Shown: positions 14,615-21,965 of the stretch, piece after piece
How positions within the stretch are numbered: position 1 is the stretch's first letter
Layout: each line of letters starts with the position of its first letter
NCBI GenBank assembly: GCA_012719015.1
Contig: JAAYBE010000275.1
Location: 1-25,182 of the forward strand
Direction: 5' to 3'
Origin: Actinomycetota bacterium
GTDB lineage: Bacteria > Actinomycetota > Thermoleophilia > UBA2241
Length of the DNA: 25,182 nucleotides
The notes under the pieces: generated by a model
Databases searched by the model: none
What the model was told of the DNA's origin: nothing
Seen by the model: the letters and a program-made list of their open reading frames with translations, nothing else
Position numbers and translations under genes: made by a program

Positions 14615-16044
14615 GGAGCGATGCCGCACCCCGGTACCCGGACCGCTGGTTCTGGGTCGGCATCGTCCTGGCTTACGCGGCGATCGTGGCGGCGGCCCTC
14701 TGGACGCCGGTGCTCGGCGCCGTGCTCGCCGCCCTGGTCGGAGTCGGCGCCCTCCTCGCGACCATCGTGGGCACGCGCCGCGGGACGCTGTTCCTCGGCG
14801 CCCTGCTCATCGCGGTCGACCTCGTGCTGCCGTCCGACGTGGCCCTGCGGCTCCGCATCCCCGTCGGGGGCGGCGGGATCTACATCCAGGACCTGATCCT
14901 CGGCGTGCTCCTGGTCAGCGTCGTCCTGGGAGCGACCTCCGGGAGACGCCCCGGCGCCGTGACGTCCCCCGTGCGGCTCCCCATCCTCCTCTTCCTGTGC
15001 TGGACGGCCGTGGCCGCCTTCATCGGCTCTCAGAACGGCAACCAGGTCAAGTTCATCCTTCAGGACGCCCGCTCGCTCGTCTATTACGCCGTCTTCTTCT
15101 TCGCCGTCACGTTCCTCACTGACCGCCGTGAGCTCCTCGGGTTCCTGCGCCTCCTGGCCGTCTGTACGGTCGTGGCGTTCGCGCTCGGCGCCGTGTACGC
15201 GGCACTGGGCCGGGGAGGAGCCGTCGAGTTCGTGGAGGCCGGCGTGAGCCGGTTCCCGGCCGCCGACTTCATCTTCCTCATGGCGGCCATGATGCTCGCG
15301 GCGTTCGTCGTGGTCTGGCCCGCCGGGCGCCGCCGGCCGGCCTGGCTGTGGCTCCTGCTCCTTGTGGCGCTCCTCGGACTGGTGCTCTCGTTCGTGCGCG
15401 GCAACTGGGTCGCGTTCGCGGCCGGGCTCGCCTACCTGATGGTGGTCCTCCACGTGCGGGAGCGCATGCGGCTGGTCGTCGGCGGACTGGCGGTCGCGCT
15501 GATCCTCGGCGTCGGCCTGGCCGCCGTGAGCCCGGCCGTGTTCTCCTCGGTGGTCTCGAGAGCACTCGCGGTCAGGGCGATGGACGACCCCAACGTCCAG
15601 TACCGCCTCATAGAGAACCAGGAGGTCGGCCGGCAGATCGCGGAGAAGCCGGTCCTCGGCAACGGCCTGGGCGCCGAGTTCCTCTTCGACTGGTCGCGCT
15701 ACGGCGTGGCTCCCTTCCTCAAGACGTACATCCACAACAACTACTACTGGTTCCTGCAGCGGCTGGGGATCATCGGGCTGGGTCTGTTCGTCTGGATGAC
15801 GATCGCCTTCCTGGTTCCCTGGATGAGCGTCCGGAGCACGCTGCCCCGCGACGACCCCTGGCTCTCGGGACTGGTCTTCGGGGGGCGTGCGTTGTTCGTC
15901 GCTTTGCTGGTCAATTCGATCACCTCGCCGCGCTTCAACACCATGGACAGCGTGGCGGTGCTCGCCCTCCTGATGGGGATGTCCGAGGCGGCCCTGGCCC
16001 TCCTGCGCGACCGCGTCGCGCGCGGGCCGGGGGCGCCCGCCTGA
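14611..16044 (+). CDS. O-antigen ligase / Wzy polymerase family membrane protein
   Basis: ATG 14611 overlaps the GT2 stop (ATGA). 477 aa polytopic protein with LSFVRGNW, YRLIE, KPVLGNGLG and HNNY...GIIGL motifs of Wzy_C. Confidence 0.88.
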   Translation: MRSDAAPRYPDRWFWVGIVLAYAAIVAAALWTPVLGAVLAALVGVGALLATIVGTRRGTLFLGALLIAVDLVLPSDVALRLRIPVGGGGIYIQDLILGVLLVSVVLGATSGRRPGAVTSPVRLPILLFLCWTAVAAFIGSQNGNQVKFILQDARSLVYYAVFFFAVTFLTDRRELLGFLRLLAVCTVVAFALGAVYAALGRGGAVEFVEAGVSRFPAADFIFLMAAMMLAAFVVVWPAGRRRPAWLWLLLLVALLGLVLSFVRGNWVAFAAGLAYLMVVLHVRERMRLVVGGLAVALILGVGLAAVSPAVFSSVVSRALAVRAMDDPNVQYRLIENQEVGRQIAEKPVLGNGLGAEFLFDWSRYGVAPFLKTYIHNNYYWFLQRLGIIGLGLFVWMTIAFLVPWMSVRSTLPRDDPWLSGLVFGGRALFVALLVNSITSPRFNTMDSVAVLALLMGMSEAALALLRDRVARGPGAPA

Positions 16045-16052
16045 GCACCGCG

Positions 16053-17105
16053 TCAGCGCCCCGGCCGGCCGGCGTCCCGGAAGGCGGACTCGACCATGGC
16101 CGCCAGGGCGCCGGCCCTCTCCTCCCAGTCGGCGCGGCGGATGCCCCGCAGCTCGCCGATCTCGCGCTCGTACGCGGCGTGACCGGCGACCATCCTCCGC
16201 ACGCCGGCGAGGATCCCCTCGGCCGTGCCGTCCACGAACACCGCGCCCTGGGAGAAGTAACCCCTCAGGGTAGGCCAGTCGGAGGTGATGACGGGCCGGC
16301 CGAGGGAGAGCGCTTCGTTGGCGCCGCACTGGAACGTGTGGTCCCGGGTGGTCAGCGCCATCACCGCATGACTCGACTTGAGCAGGCCGTAGTACCGGCG
16401 CTCAGGCAGGAAGCCCGTGAACACGACGTTGGCGGGCGCCCCCTCCACGAGGCCGGCCGGGGCCCGCGCGGGATCGCCGGTCACATGGAAGCGCACGGAG
16501 GGCTCATGGACGGCCGCGGCGAGGACCTCCTCAACGGGCTCGTCGGCCGCGAACCGGTTCACGACGGCGACGTTGAAGCCCTCGGGCAACGGGTGATCCT
16601 CCCACTCGTAGCTGCCGATGGGGTCCTTCAGCACCAGGACCCGACCCCCGCGTCCTTCGACCAGACGCTGGAAGTGCTCGTCGTGGACCAGCGTCACCAG
16701 CGCGTCCCGGGTGGCCGGCCGGTGCAGCCATGAAGGCTCGAGCCAGACCCGGCGCTGCATGGCGTCGCTGTGCGCGTCGACGATGTAGCGACCTCCGGCG
16801 ATCCGGCAGCACCAGCGCACCAGGAGGACGCTGTGGCTGGGCGGGCTCTGCACGAAGACGACCTCCGGTCGTGTGCGCCACAGCAGGCCGAGGGTCCAGC
16901 CCGCCTGCAGCAGGTAGCGCAAGGGGGCGCTCCGGCTCGTCGAGCCCCACGGCGCCCCCAGGTGCCGCACCTGGGCGATGCCGAGCGCCCGCGCCAGCTG
17001 GCGGGTGCGGCTGCTGCCGTGGCTCGCGGGAGTCCACGTCAGGAACAGCGTCCTCCGGCGCCGGAAGACGGTCACGTCCGCCGCCCCGTGGTCTGCCCCG
17101 GTCAC
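16053..17105 (-). CDS. GT-B fold glycosyltransferase (family 4-like)
   Basis: 350 aa; FLTW...RTRQLA, RPEVVFVQSPP, DAHS, NVVFTGFLP, CGANEALSLGRPVITSD and GAVFVD. GTG start approximate. Confidence 0.85.
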   Translation of the reverse strand: MTGADHGAADVTVFRRRRTLFLTWTPASHGSSRTRQLARALGIAQVRHLGAPWGSTSRSAPLRYLLQAGWTLGLLWRTRPEVVFVQSPPSHSVLLVRWCCRIAGGRYIVDAHSDAMQRRVWLEPSWLHRPATRDALVTLVHDEHFQRLVEGRGGRVLVLKDPIGSYEWEDHPLPEGFNVAVVNRFAADEPVEEVLAAAVHEPSVRFHVTGDPARAPAGLVEGAPANVVFTGFLPERRYYGLLKSSHAVMALTTRDHTFQCGANEALSLGRPVITSDWPTLRGYFSQGAVFVDGTAEGILAGVRRMVAGHAAYEREIGELRGIRRADWEERAGALAAMVESAFRDAGRPGR

Positions 17106-17152
17106 AGCATCCTCTCCTCCGCCTCACGAGCCCCGGTGCGCACCGCGCAGTG

Positions 17153-17158
17153 TACTAT
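17153..17158 (+). promoter_or_regulatory. Candidate -10 TACTAT (+), overlapping a minus-strand TACACT (17154-17149): back-to-back promoters
   Basis: Two overlapping TAnnnT hexamers in the 88-bp divergent spacer between GT (17105) and GNAT (17194). Confidence 0.4.
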
Positions 17159-17193
17159 CGTACCCGCAGCGGCCAAGCCGCGGAGCCGCCCGT

Positions 17194-18213
17194 ATGGAAG
17201 TCCTCGAGTCGCCGATAGACGACCCTCGCTGGCGGGAGCTGGCGGACACGCACCCGGACGCGGGCCCCTTCCACCTGCCCGCCTGGGCCTCGCTGATCGC
17301 CGACTGCTACCGCTTCCGGGCGTTCGCGCTGATTGTCCGGGAGGGCGACGAGGTGCTCGCCGGACTGCCGGTGGTGGAGGTGGGCGCGCGGCGCGCCCGG
17401 CGATGGGTGTCCCTGCCGTTCACGGATTCGTGCGCGCCGCTCATCCGCGCCGGCGTCGCGGCCGACGAGGTGTTCGCCGCCATCGACGCGCACGTGCTGG
17501 CCGCTCCGGTGCGCGGGTTGGAGGTACGCGCCGCGCTCCCCGCCGGCGCCGCCCGCCATCCCGTGGCGGCCGGCTACATCCACACGCTCGCCCTGCCCGA
17601 AGACCCCTCGCAGCTCCGCCCCAACAAGGGACACCGCAACTACCGCAACCAGGCGGTGCGCAAAGGCGTCCGGGTGGTGCGCGGCCGCAGCCCGGCGGAG
17701 CTCGCCACCTTCTACCGGCTGCACACGCTCACCCGACGACGTCACGGAGTGCCGGTGCAGCCGCGCCGCTTCTTCGACCTGCTGCAGCAGCGGCTGATCG
17801 CGCCGGGACAGGGCTTCGTGGCGACGGCGTCGGCCGACGGCGAGACGCTGGCGGCGGGCGTCTACCTGGTGCACAACAGGGTGCTGGTGGCCAAGTACCT
17901 GGGCTCAGACCCGAGCCTGCCGGACAAGCGGGCCGGCTACCTCATCGACTGGGACTCCATGGTCAACGGATGCGCCGAGGGCTATCACACGCTCGACCTC
18001 GGACGCAGCGACCCCGACGCCGACGGACTGCGCCTCTACAAATCCTCGTGGGGCGCGGCGGAGGCTCCGCTGACGTACACGCACATCTCGCGCACGCGGC
18101 CGCCGGCCGACCGCGGGTCCGGGGGCGGCGGCATCGCCGCCGCGGTCATCCGTCGGGCGCCCGTCTGGGTCTGCCGCGCGCTGGGCGAGCTGTTCTATCG
18201 CCGGGCCGCCTGA
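17194..18213 (+). CDS. GNAT superfamily protein, FemAB-related (Acetyltransf_6-like)
   Basis: ATG 17194, 339 aa; GPFHLPAW, WVSLPFTD, RNQAVRKGV, HGVPVQPRRFF, LDLGRS and GLRLYKSSWGA, typical of duplicated-GNAT FemAB-like proteins in polysaccharide loci. Confidence 0.85.
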   Translation: MEVLESPIDDPRWRELADTHPDAGPFHLPAWASLIADCYRFRAFALIVREGDEVLAGLPVVEVGARRARRWVSLPFTDSCAPLIRAGVAADEVFAAIDAHVLAAPVRGLEVRAALPAGAARHPVAAGYIHTLALPEDPSQLRPNKGHRNYRNQAVRKGVRVVRGRSPAELATFYRLHTLTRRRHGVPVQPRRFFDLLQQRLIAPGQGFVATASADGETLAAGVYLVHNRVLVAKYLGSDPSLPDKRAGYLIDWDSMVNGCAEGYHTLDLGRSDPDADGLRLYKSSWGAAEAPLTYTHISRTRPPADRGSGGGGIAAAVIRRAPVWVCRALGELFYRRAA

Positions 18214-19382
18214 GAGCCCGCGGCGCGGGAAGCGGGCCGCGGCGCGGCGTCCCGTGGCGGACCGGCCGCCGGAGGACCCTCCCACCGCTCGCGCACCCAG
18301 CCGGCGACCTCGCGCGGCAGGGCGTGCCAGGACTGCGGGAGGCGCACCAGCTCGTCGAGGAACTCCTCGTACAGCGCCGTCCTGCCGCGGCACAGGTAGT
18401 CCGGATGCGTGTTCACGAGGGCCATGCCGCGGTGGGCGGTGAGGAAGTCGAGCTTCTCGAGCCAGATCCGCGGACCCGTCTCGCCCAGCGTCTCGATGAG
18501 CGTGTGGTCCTGGGGCAGCGTGTACGGCAGCTCGACGAACCGCCCCATCACGTAGGGCCACACGGTCATGACCCCGCCGGGCATCGGCTCGAAGGGGTCG
18601 GTGTCGAAGAACGAGGAGTCCCACTCGACCGCGAGATCCTGCATCCAGGACGGCTCGCGGTGGGTCATCGGCGACCGGAACCCGACCGATCCCCACTCCC
18701 GCAGGCGCGCGTTCATCGCCGGCAACCGGCGGTGGAAGCGGGCGCGCGACTCGAAGAGCCGTCCGTCGTGGCGCCACCCGTGCAGCGCGACCTCGAACCC
18801 CGCGGCACGGAGCTCATGCAGGAGCGAGTCCGGCACGCGGTACGTGCCGCCCACGAAGGAGACCGACGAGCTCAGGCCACGGGTCTGCTCCAGGGCGAGC
18901 AGGTCGAGCAGACGGGAGAGGCCGAAAGGCCCTTCGACGTCGTGGGTGAGCACCACGGCGCAGGCACGGTCGTCCGGCCACCACGGCGCGGCGCGCTCCG
19001 TCCCGGACGCCTCGAGTGCGGCGCGCACCTGCTCGGCGAAGACGACGAACCTCTCCTCCACCGGCCAGCGCAACGGCCCGGCCGCGGCCTCGCGGCTGAC
19101 CACACGGCGGCGCAGCAGCGCCCTGGCCCCGGCGGGGAGCAACGGCCGCAGGCGGTAGTACAGCCGCCGTGCCGGCGGGAGGACGAAGTGGTCCGGTCCG
19201 AACTGCCCCTCGAGCAGCAGCGCCTCCCCGAGTCCGCCCAGGCCCTCCCCGGCCAACGCCCGCCGGGCCGCCTCCGGCAGCACGTCGGCCGCCGCACGAA
19301 CCGCGTCCTCGACGGCGTCGCGCGGGAACGTCCGCAGCCCCAGCAGCCGCACGATCGCGTCGTCGGCCAGCACCCCGCGCAT
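18195..19382 (-). CDS. Polysaccharide deacetylase-like protein (NodB/CE4-type) with N-terminal extension
   Basis: LYYRLRPLLP, RWPVE, WWPDDRACAVVLTHDVE, FEVALHGWRHDG, GFRSP, WDSS, ELPYTLPQDH and VNTHPDY. ATG 19382 has SD GGGGTGAGG; the start is approximate. The 3' end overlaps the GNAT gene by 19 nt. Confidence 0.8.
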   Translation of the reverse strand: MRGVLADDAIVRLLGLRTFPRDAVEDAVRAAADVLPEAARRALAGEGLGGLGEALLLEGQFGPDHFVLPPARRLYYRLRPLLPAGARALLRRRVVSREAAAGPLRWPVEERFVVFAEQVRAALEASGTERAAPWWPDDRACAVVLTHDVEGPFGLSRLLDLLALEQTRGLSSSVSFVGGTYRVPDSLLHELRAAGFEVALHGWRHDGRLFESRARFHRRLPAMNARLREWGSVGFRSPMTHREPSWMQDLAVEWDSSFFDTDPFEPMPGGVMTVWPYVMGRFVELPYTLPQDHTLIETLGETGPRIWLEKLDFLTAHRGMALVNTHPDYLCRGRTALYEEFLDELVRLPQSWHALPREVAGWVRERWEGPPAAGPPRDAAPRPASRAAGSQAARR

Positions 19383-19483
19383 CCCGAGCCTCACCCCCGA
19401 TCCCGTGGTCGTCGCCGGACCGGGCCGCGCCGTCACCGCGCCCGGTCGTGCGGACGAGCGTACCAGCACGACGACGATACGGG

Positions 19484-19489
19484 TAACAT
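19484..19489 (+). promoter_or_regulatory. Candidate -10 TAACAT for the GT4/FemX/DUF362 unit; a minus-strand TATCGT lies at 19479-19474
   Basis: TAnnnT hexamers on both strands in the divergent spacer 19383-19545. Confidence 0.3.
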
Positions 19490-19545
19490 GGAGGTTCCCG
19501 TCCACGACTCTGAGGCGGGGACGACGGACGACGGAAGGGGGCGGG

Positions 19546-20856
19546 ATGCGGTTCCTGGCGAGCAGGCGCGAGAGGACGGACCGACGCGCCGCGGCGCGTC
19601 CCCGGGCGCTGATCCTCGTCGAGAACGCCCCCGTGCCCGGCGACCGGCGCGTGACGGCCGAGGCCCTGTCGTTGCGGGCCAACGGCTACGACGTCAGCGT
19701 GATCTGCCCGGTCGCCGGGGACCAGCCGCTGCGCGAGGAGATGGACGGCGTGCTGGTGGCACGCTACCACCCCCACCAGCCGCCCTGCGTCTCGGGCGGC
19801 GCCCGCGAGCAGGTGACCGAGTACCTCGTGGCGCTGGCGAAGACCCTGCGCCTGATGGTGAGCCTGGCGCGGAGGCCCGGCTTCGACGTCATCCAGGCCT
19901 GCAACCCGCCCGACCTCTTCTTCCTGGTCAGCTGGCCGTTCAAGCTGGCCGGCAAGCGCTTCATCTTCGACCAGCACGACCTCTCCCCCGAGCTCTACGC
20001 GACGATCTTCGGCCGCGACTCGGGGCCGATCATGCGGGCGCTGCGCTGGACGGAGGCCCTCTCCTACCGGCTCGCCGACGCCGTGATCGCGACGAACGAG
20101 TCGTACCGCCGGATCGCCGAGACGCGCGGGAGGGTGGCGCCCGACCGTGCGTTCGTGGTGCGCAACGGGCCGCGCGAGGGCTGGCCGCTCCCGGTCGCGC
20201 CCGACCCGTCGCTCAAGCGCGGCCGTCCCCTGCTCGTGGTCTACATGGGAGTGATGGGGCACCAGGACGGTGTCGACCGGCTGCTCGACGCGGCGCACAT
20301 CCTGATCCGGGAGAGGGGCTTCCGCGACGCCACCTTCGCGCTCGTCGGAGAGGGCAGCGCGGAGCGGGACCTGTGGCGCCAGGCGCGCGAGCTGGGCATC
20401 GAGGACCACGTCCACTTCACCGGCTGGGTCGACGACGAGGACCTGCTCTCGCGCTATCTCGTGACGGCCGACGCCTGCGTCTGCCCGGAGCCGTCCAGTC
20501 CACTGAACGACCATTCGACCTTCATCAAGGTCATGGAGTACATGGCCTCGGGCACGCCGGTCGTCGCGTTCGACCTTCCGGAGACGCGGTTCTCCGCCGG
20601 CGACGCCGCGGTCTACGCCGCGCCGGGCGACATCGAGGGCTTCGCCGCGCGGCTCGAGGAGGTGCTCACCGACGGCGGGCTGCGCGCGGCCATGCAGGCC
20701 GAGGCCGCGCAGCGGATGCCCGGACTGCGCTGGGAGAGCCAGGTCCCGGCCCTGCTGGCGGCCTATCGCCGGGCGCTCGCGGGCCACCCCGCCGGACCCG
20801 CCCGCTCCGGGGAGTCCGGCGGGTCCGAGCCTCCCCGAGAGGAGGCTCCGCCGTGA
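19546..20856 (+). CDS. Glycosyltransferase family 4 (WbuB-like)
   Basis: ATG 19546, 436 aa; ILVEN.PVP.DRRV..EA, DVIQACNPPD, FDQHDLSPELY, YMGVMGHQDGVD and KVMEYMASGTPVVAFDL. Confidence 0.92.
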   Translation: MRFLASRRERTDRRAAARPRALILVENAPVPGDRRVTAEALSLRANGYDVSVICPVAGDQPLREEMDGVLVARYHPHQPPCVSGGAREQVTEYLVALAKTLRLMVSLARRPGFDVIQACNPPDLFFLVSWPFKLAGKRFIFDQHDLSPELYATIFGRDSGPIMRALRWTEALSYRLADAVIATNESYRRIAETRGRVAPDRAFVVRNGPREGWPLPVAPDPSLKRGRPLLVVYMGVMGHQDGVDRLLDAAHILIRERGFRDATFALVGEGSAERDLWRQARELGIEDHVHFTGWVDDEDLLSRYLVTADACVCPEPSSPLNDHSTFIKVMEYMASGTPVVAFDLPETRFSAGDAAVYAAPGDIEGFAARLEEVLTDGGLRAAMQAEAAQRMPGLRWESQVPALLAAYRRALAGHPAGPARSGESGGSEPPREEAPP

Positions 20857-21965
20857 GGGTCCGCGAGCTGGACGTCTCCCGCGCCGCGGACTGGAACGAC
20901 CTCGTCGCCGCCGAAGGGTCGTTCGCCCTGACCCAGGCGCGTGAATGGGGCGCGTTCAAGGCGCGCCTCGGCTGGCGCGTCCGCCGGATCGGCGTCGAGG
21001 ACGGAGACGGCCGGCTCGTCGCCGGCGCGCAGCTCCTCATCAAGCCGCTGCCCCTGGGTCTCACGCTCGCCTACGTGCCGCGAGGCCCGGTGGGCCGCTG
21101 GCACGAGCCGGAGGTGGCCACCCTCCTACTGGCGCGACTCGAGCGCTGCGCGCAGGCGGAGGGCGCCGTGTTCCTCAAGCTCGAACCGGCGGTCGCCGTC
21201 GGAGCACCGGTGCTCGACCTGCTCGCCAGACACGGCTTCCGCGAGAGCCGGGTCACCAACCAGCCCCGGACGACCATGCTGCTGGATGTCTCCGGCGCGC
21301 CGGAGGACGTCCTGGGGCGGATGCGCAAGAAGACCCGTCAGTACGTCCGTCGCGCCGAGCGCGAGGGCATCACGACCCGGCTCGGCGCGACGGACGACCT
21401 GCCCGCCTTCCACGACCTGATGCGGAAGACGGCGCGGCGAGAGGGCTTCGCCCCGCGGAGCCTCGCCTACCACCAGGCCGAGTGGGACGTCTTCTCCGCC
21501 GGCGGCCTGTGCGCCCTGCTCCTCGCCCACCACGAGGGACGGCTGATCGCCGTCCGGACGGTCCACCGCTTCGGCCGGCACGCCGCCGAGTTCCACGGCG
21601 GGTCGGTCACGACGCCCGGTCTCCATCCCAACCACCTGCTCGTATGGCGGGCCGTCGAGTGGGCCAGGGAGCACGGCTGCTCCACCTACGACCTCTGGGG
21701 GATCCCCGACGAGGTGGAGCCCGCCGCGGACGGCGGGCGGCCGGAGGCGCCGGAGCGGCGCGACGGCCTCTGGGGGGTCTACCGGTTCAAGCGAGGGTTC
21801 GGCGCCGACGTCGTCAGATACGCCGGCGCCTACGACCTCGTGCTCAAGCCGCGGGCGTACTCCGTGCTCACCGCGGCCATGATCGACAGATCGCTCTGGG
21901 AGCGAGCGGCCGCCCGGCTCGACCGGGTCGCGAGCTCCACCATCTTCAAAGGGGCTGCACCATGA
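20853..21965 (+). CDS. FemABX-family aminoacyl-tRNA-dependent transferase (lipid II:glycine glycyltransferase FemX-like)
   Basis: GTG overlaps the GT4 stop (GTGA), 370 aa. TQAREWGAFK, LAYVPRGP, VFLKLEP, QPRTTMLLD, KKTRQYVRRAE, PNHLLVWRA, YDLWGIP and GVYRFKRGFG. Confidence 0.9.
   Translation: MRVRELDVSRAADWNDLVAAEGSFALTQAREWGAFKARLGWRVRRIGVEDGDGRLVAGAQLLIKPLPLGLTLAYVPRGPVGRWHEPEVATLLLARLERCAQAEGAVFLKLEPAVAVGAPVLDLLARHGFRESRVTNQPRTTMLLDVSGAPEDVLGRMRKKTRQYVRRAEREGITTRLGATDDLPAFHDLMRKTARREGFAPRSLAYHQAEWDVFSAGGLCALLLAHHEGRLIAVRTVHRFGRHAAEFHGGSVTTPGLHPNHLLVWRAVEWAREHGCSTYDLWGIPDEVEPAADGGRPEAPERRDGLWGVYRFKRGFGADVVRYAGAYDLVLKPRAYSVLTAAMIDRSLWERAAARLDRVASSTIFKGAAP

Noticed and set aside
16770-21965. 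1731-aa ORF in the track
   Set aside because: Only the last 370 codons (from GTG 20853) look like protein. The rest is Arg/Pro/Ala-rich off-frame or antisense read-through of four real genes, typical of high-GC DNA.
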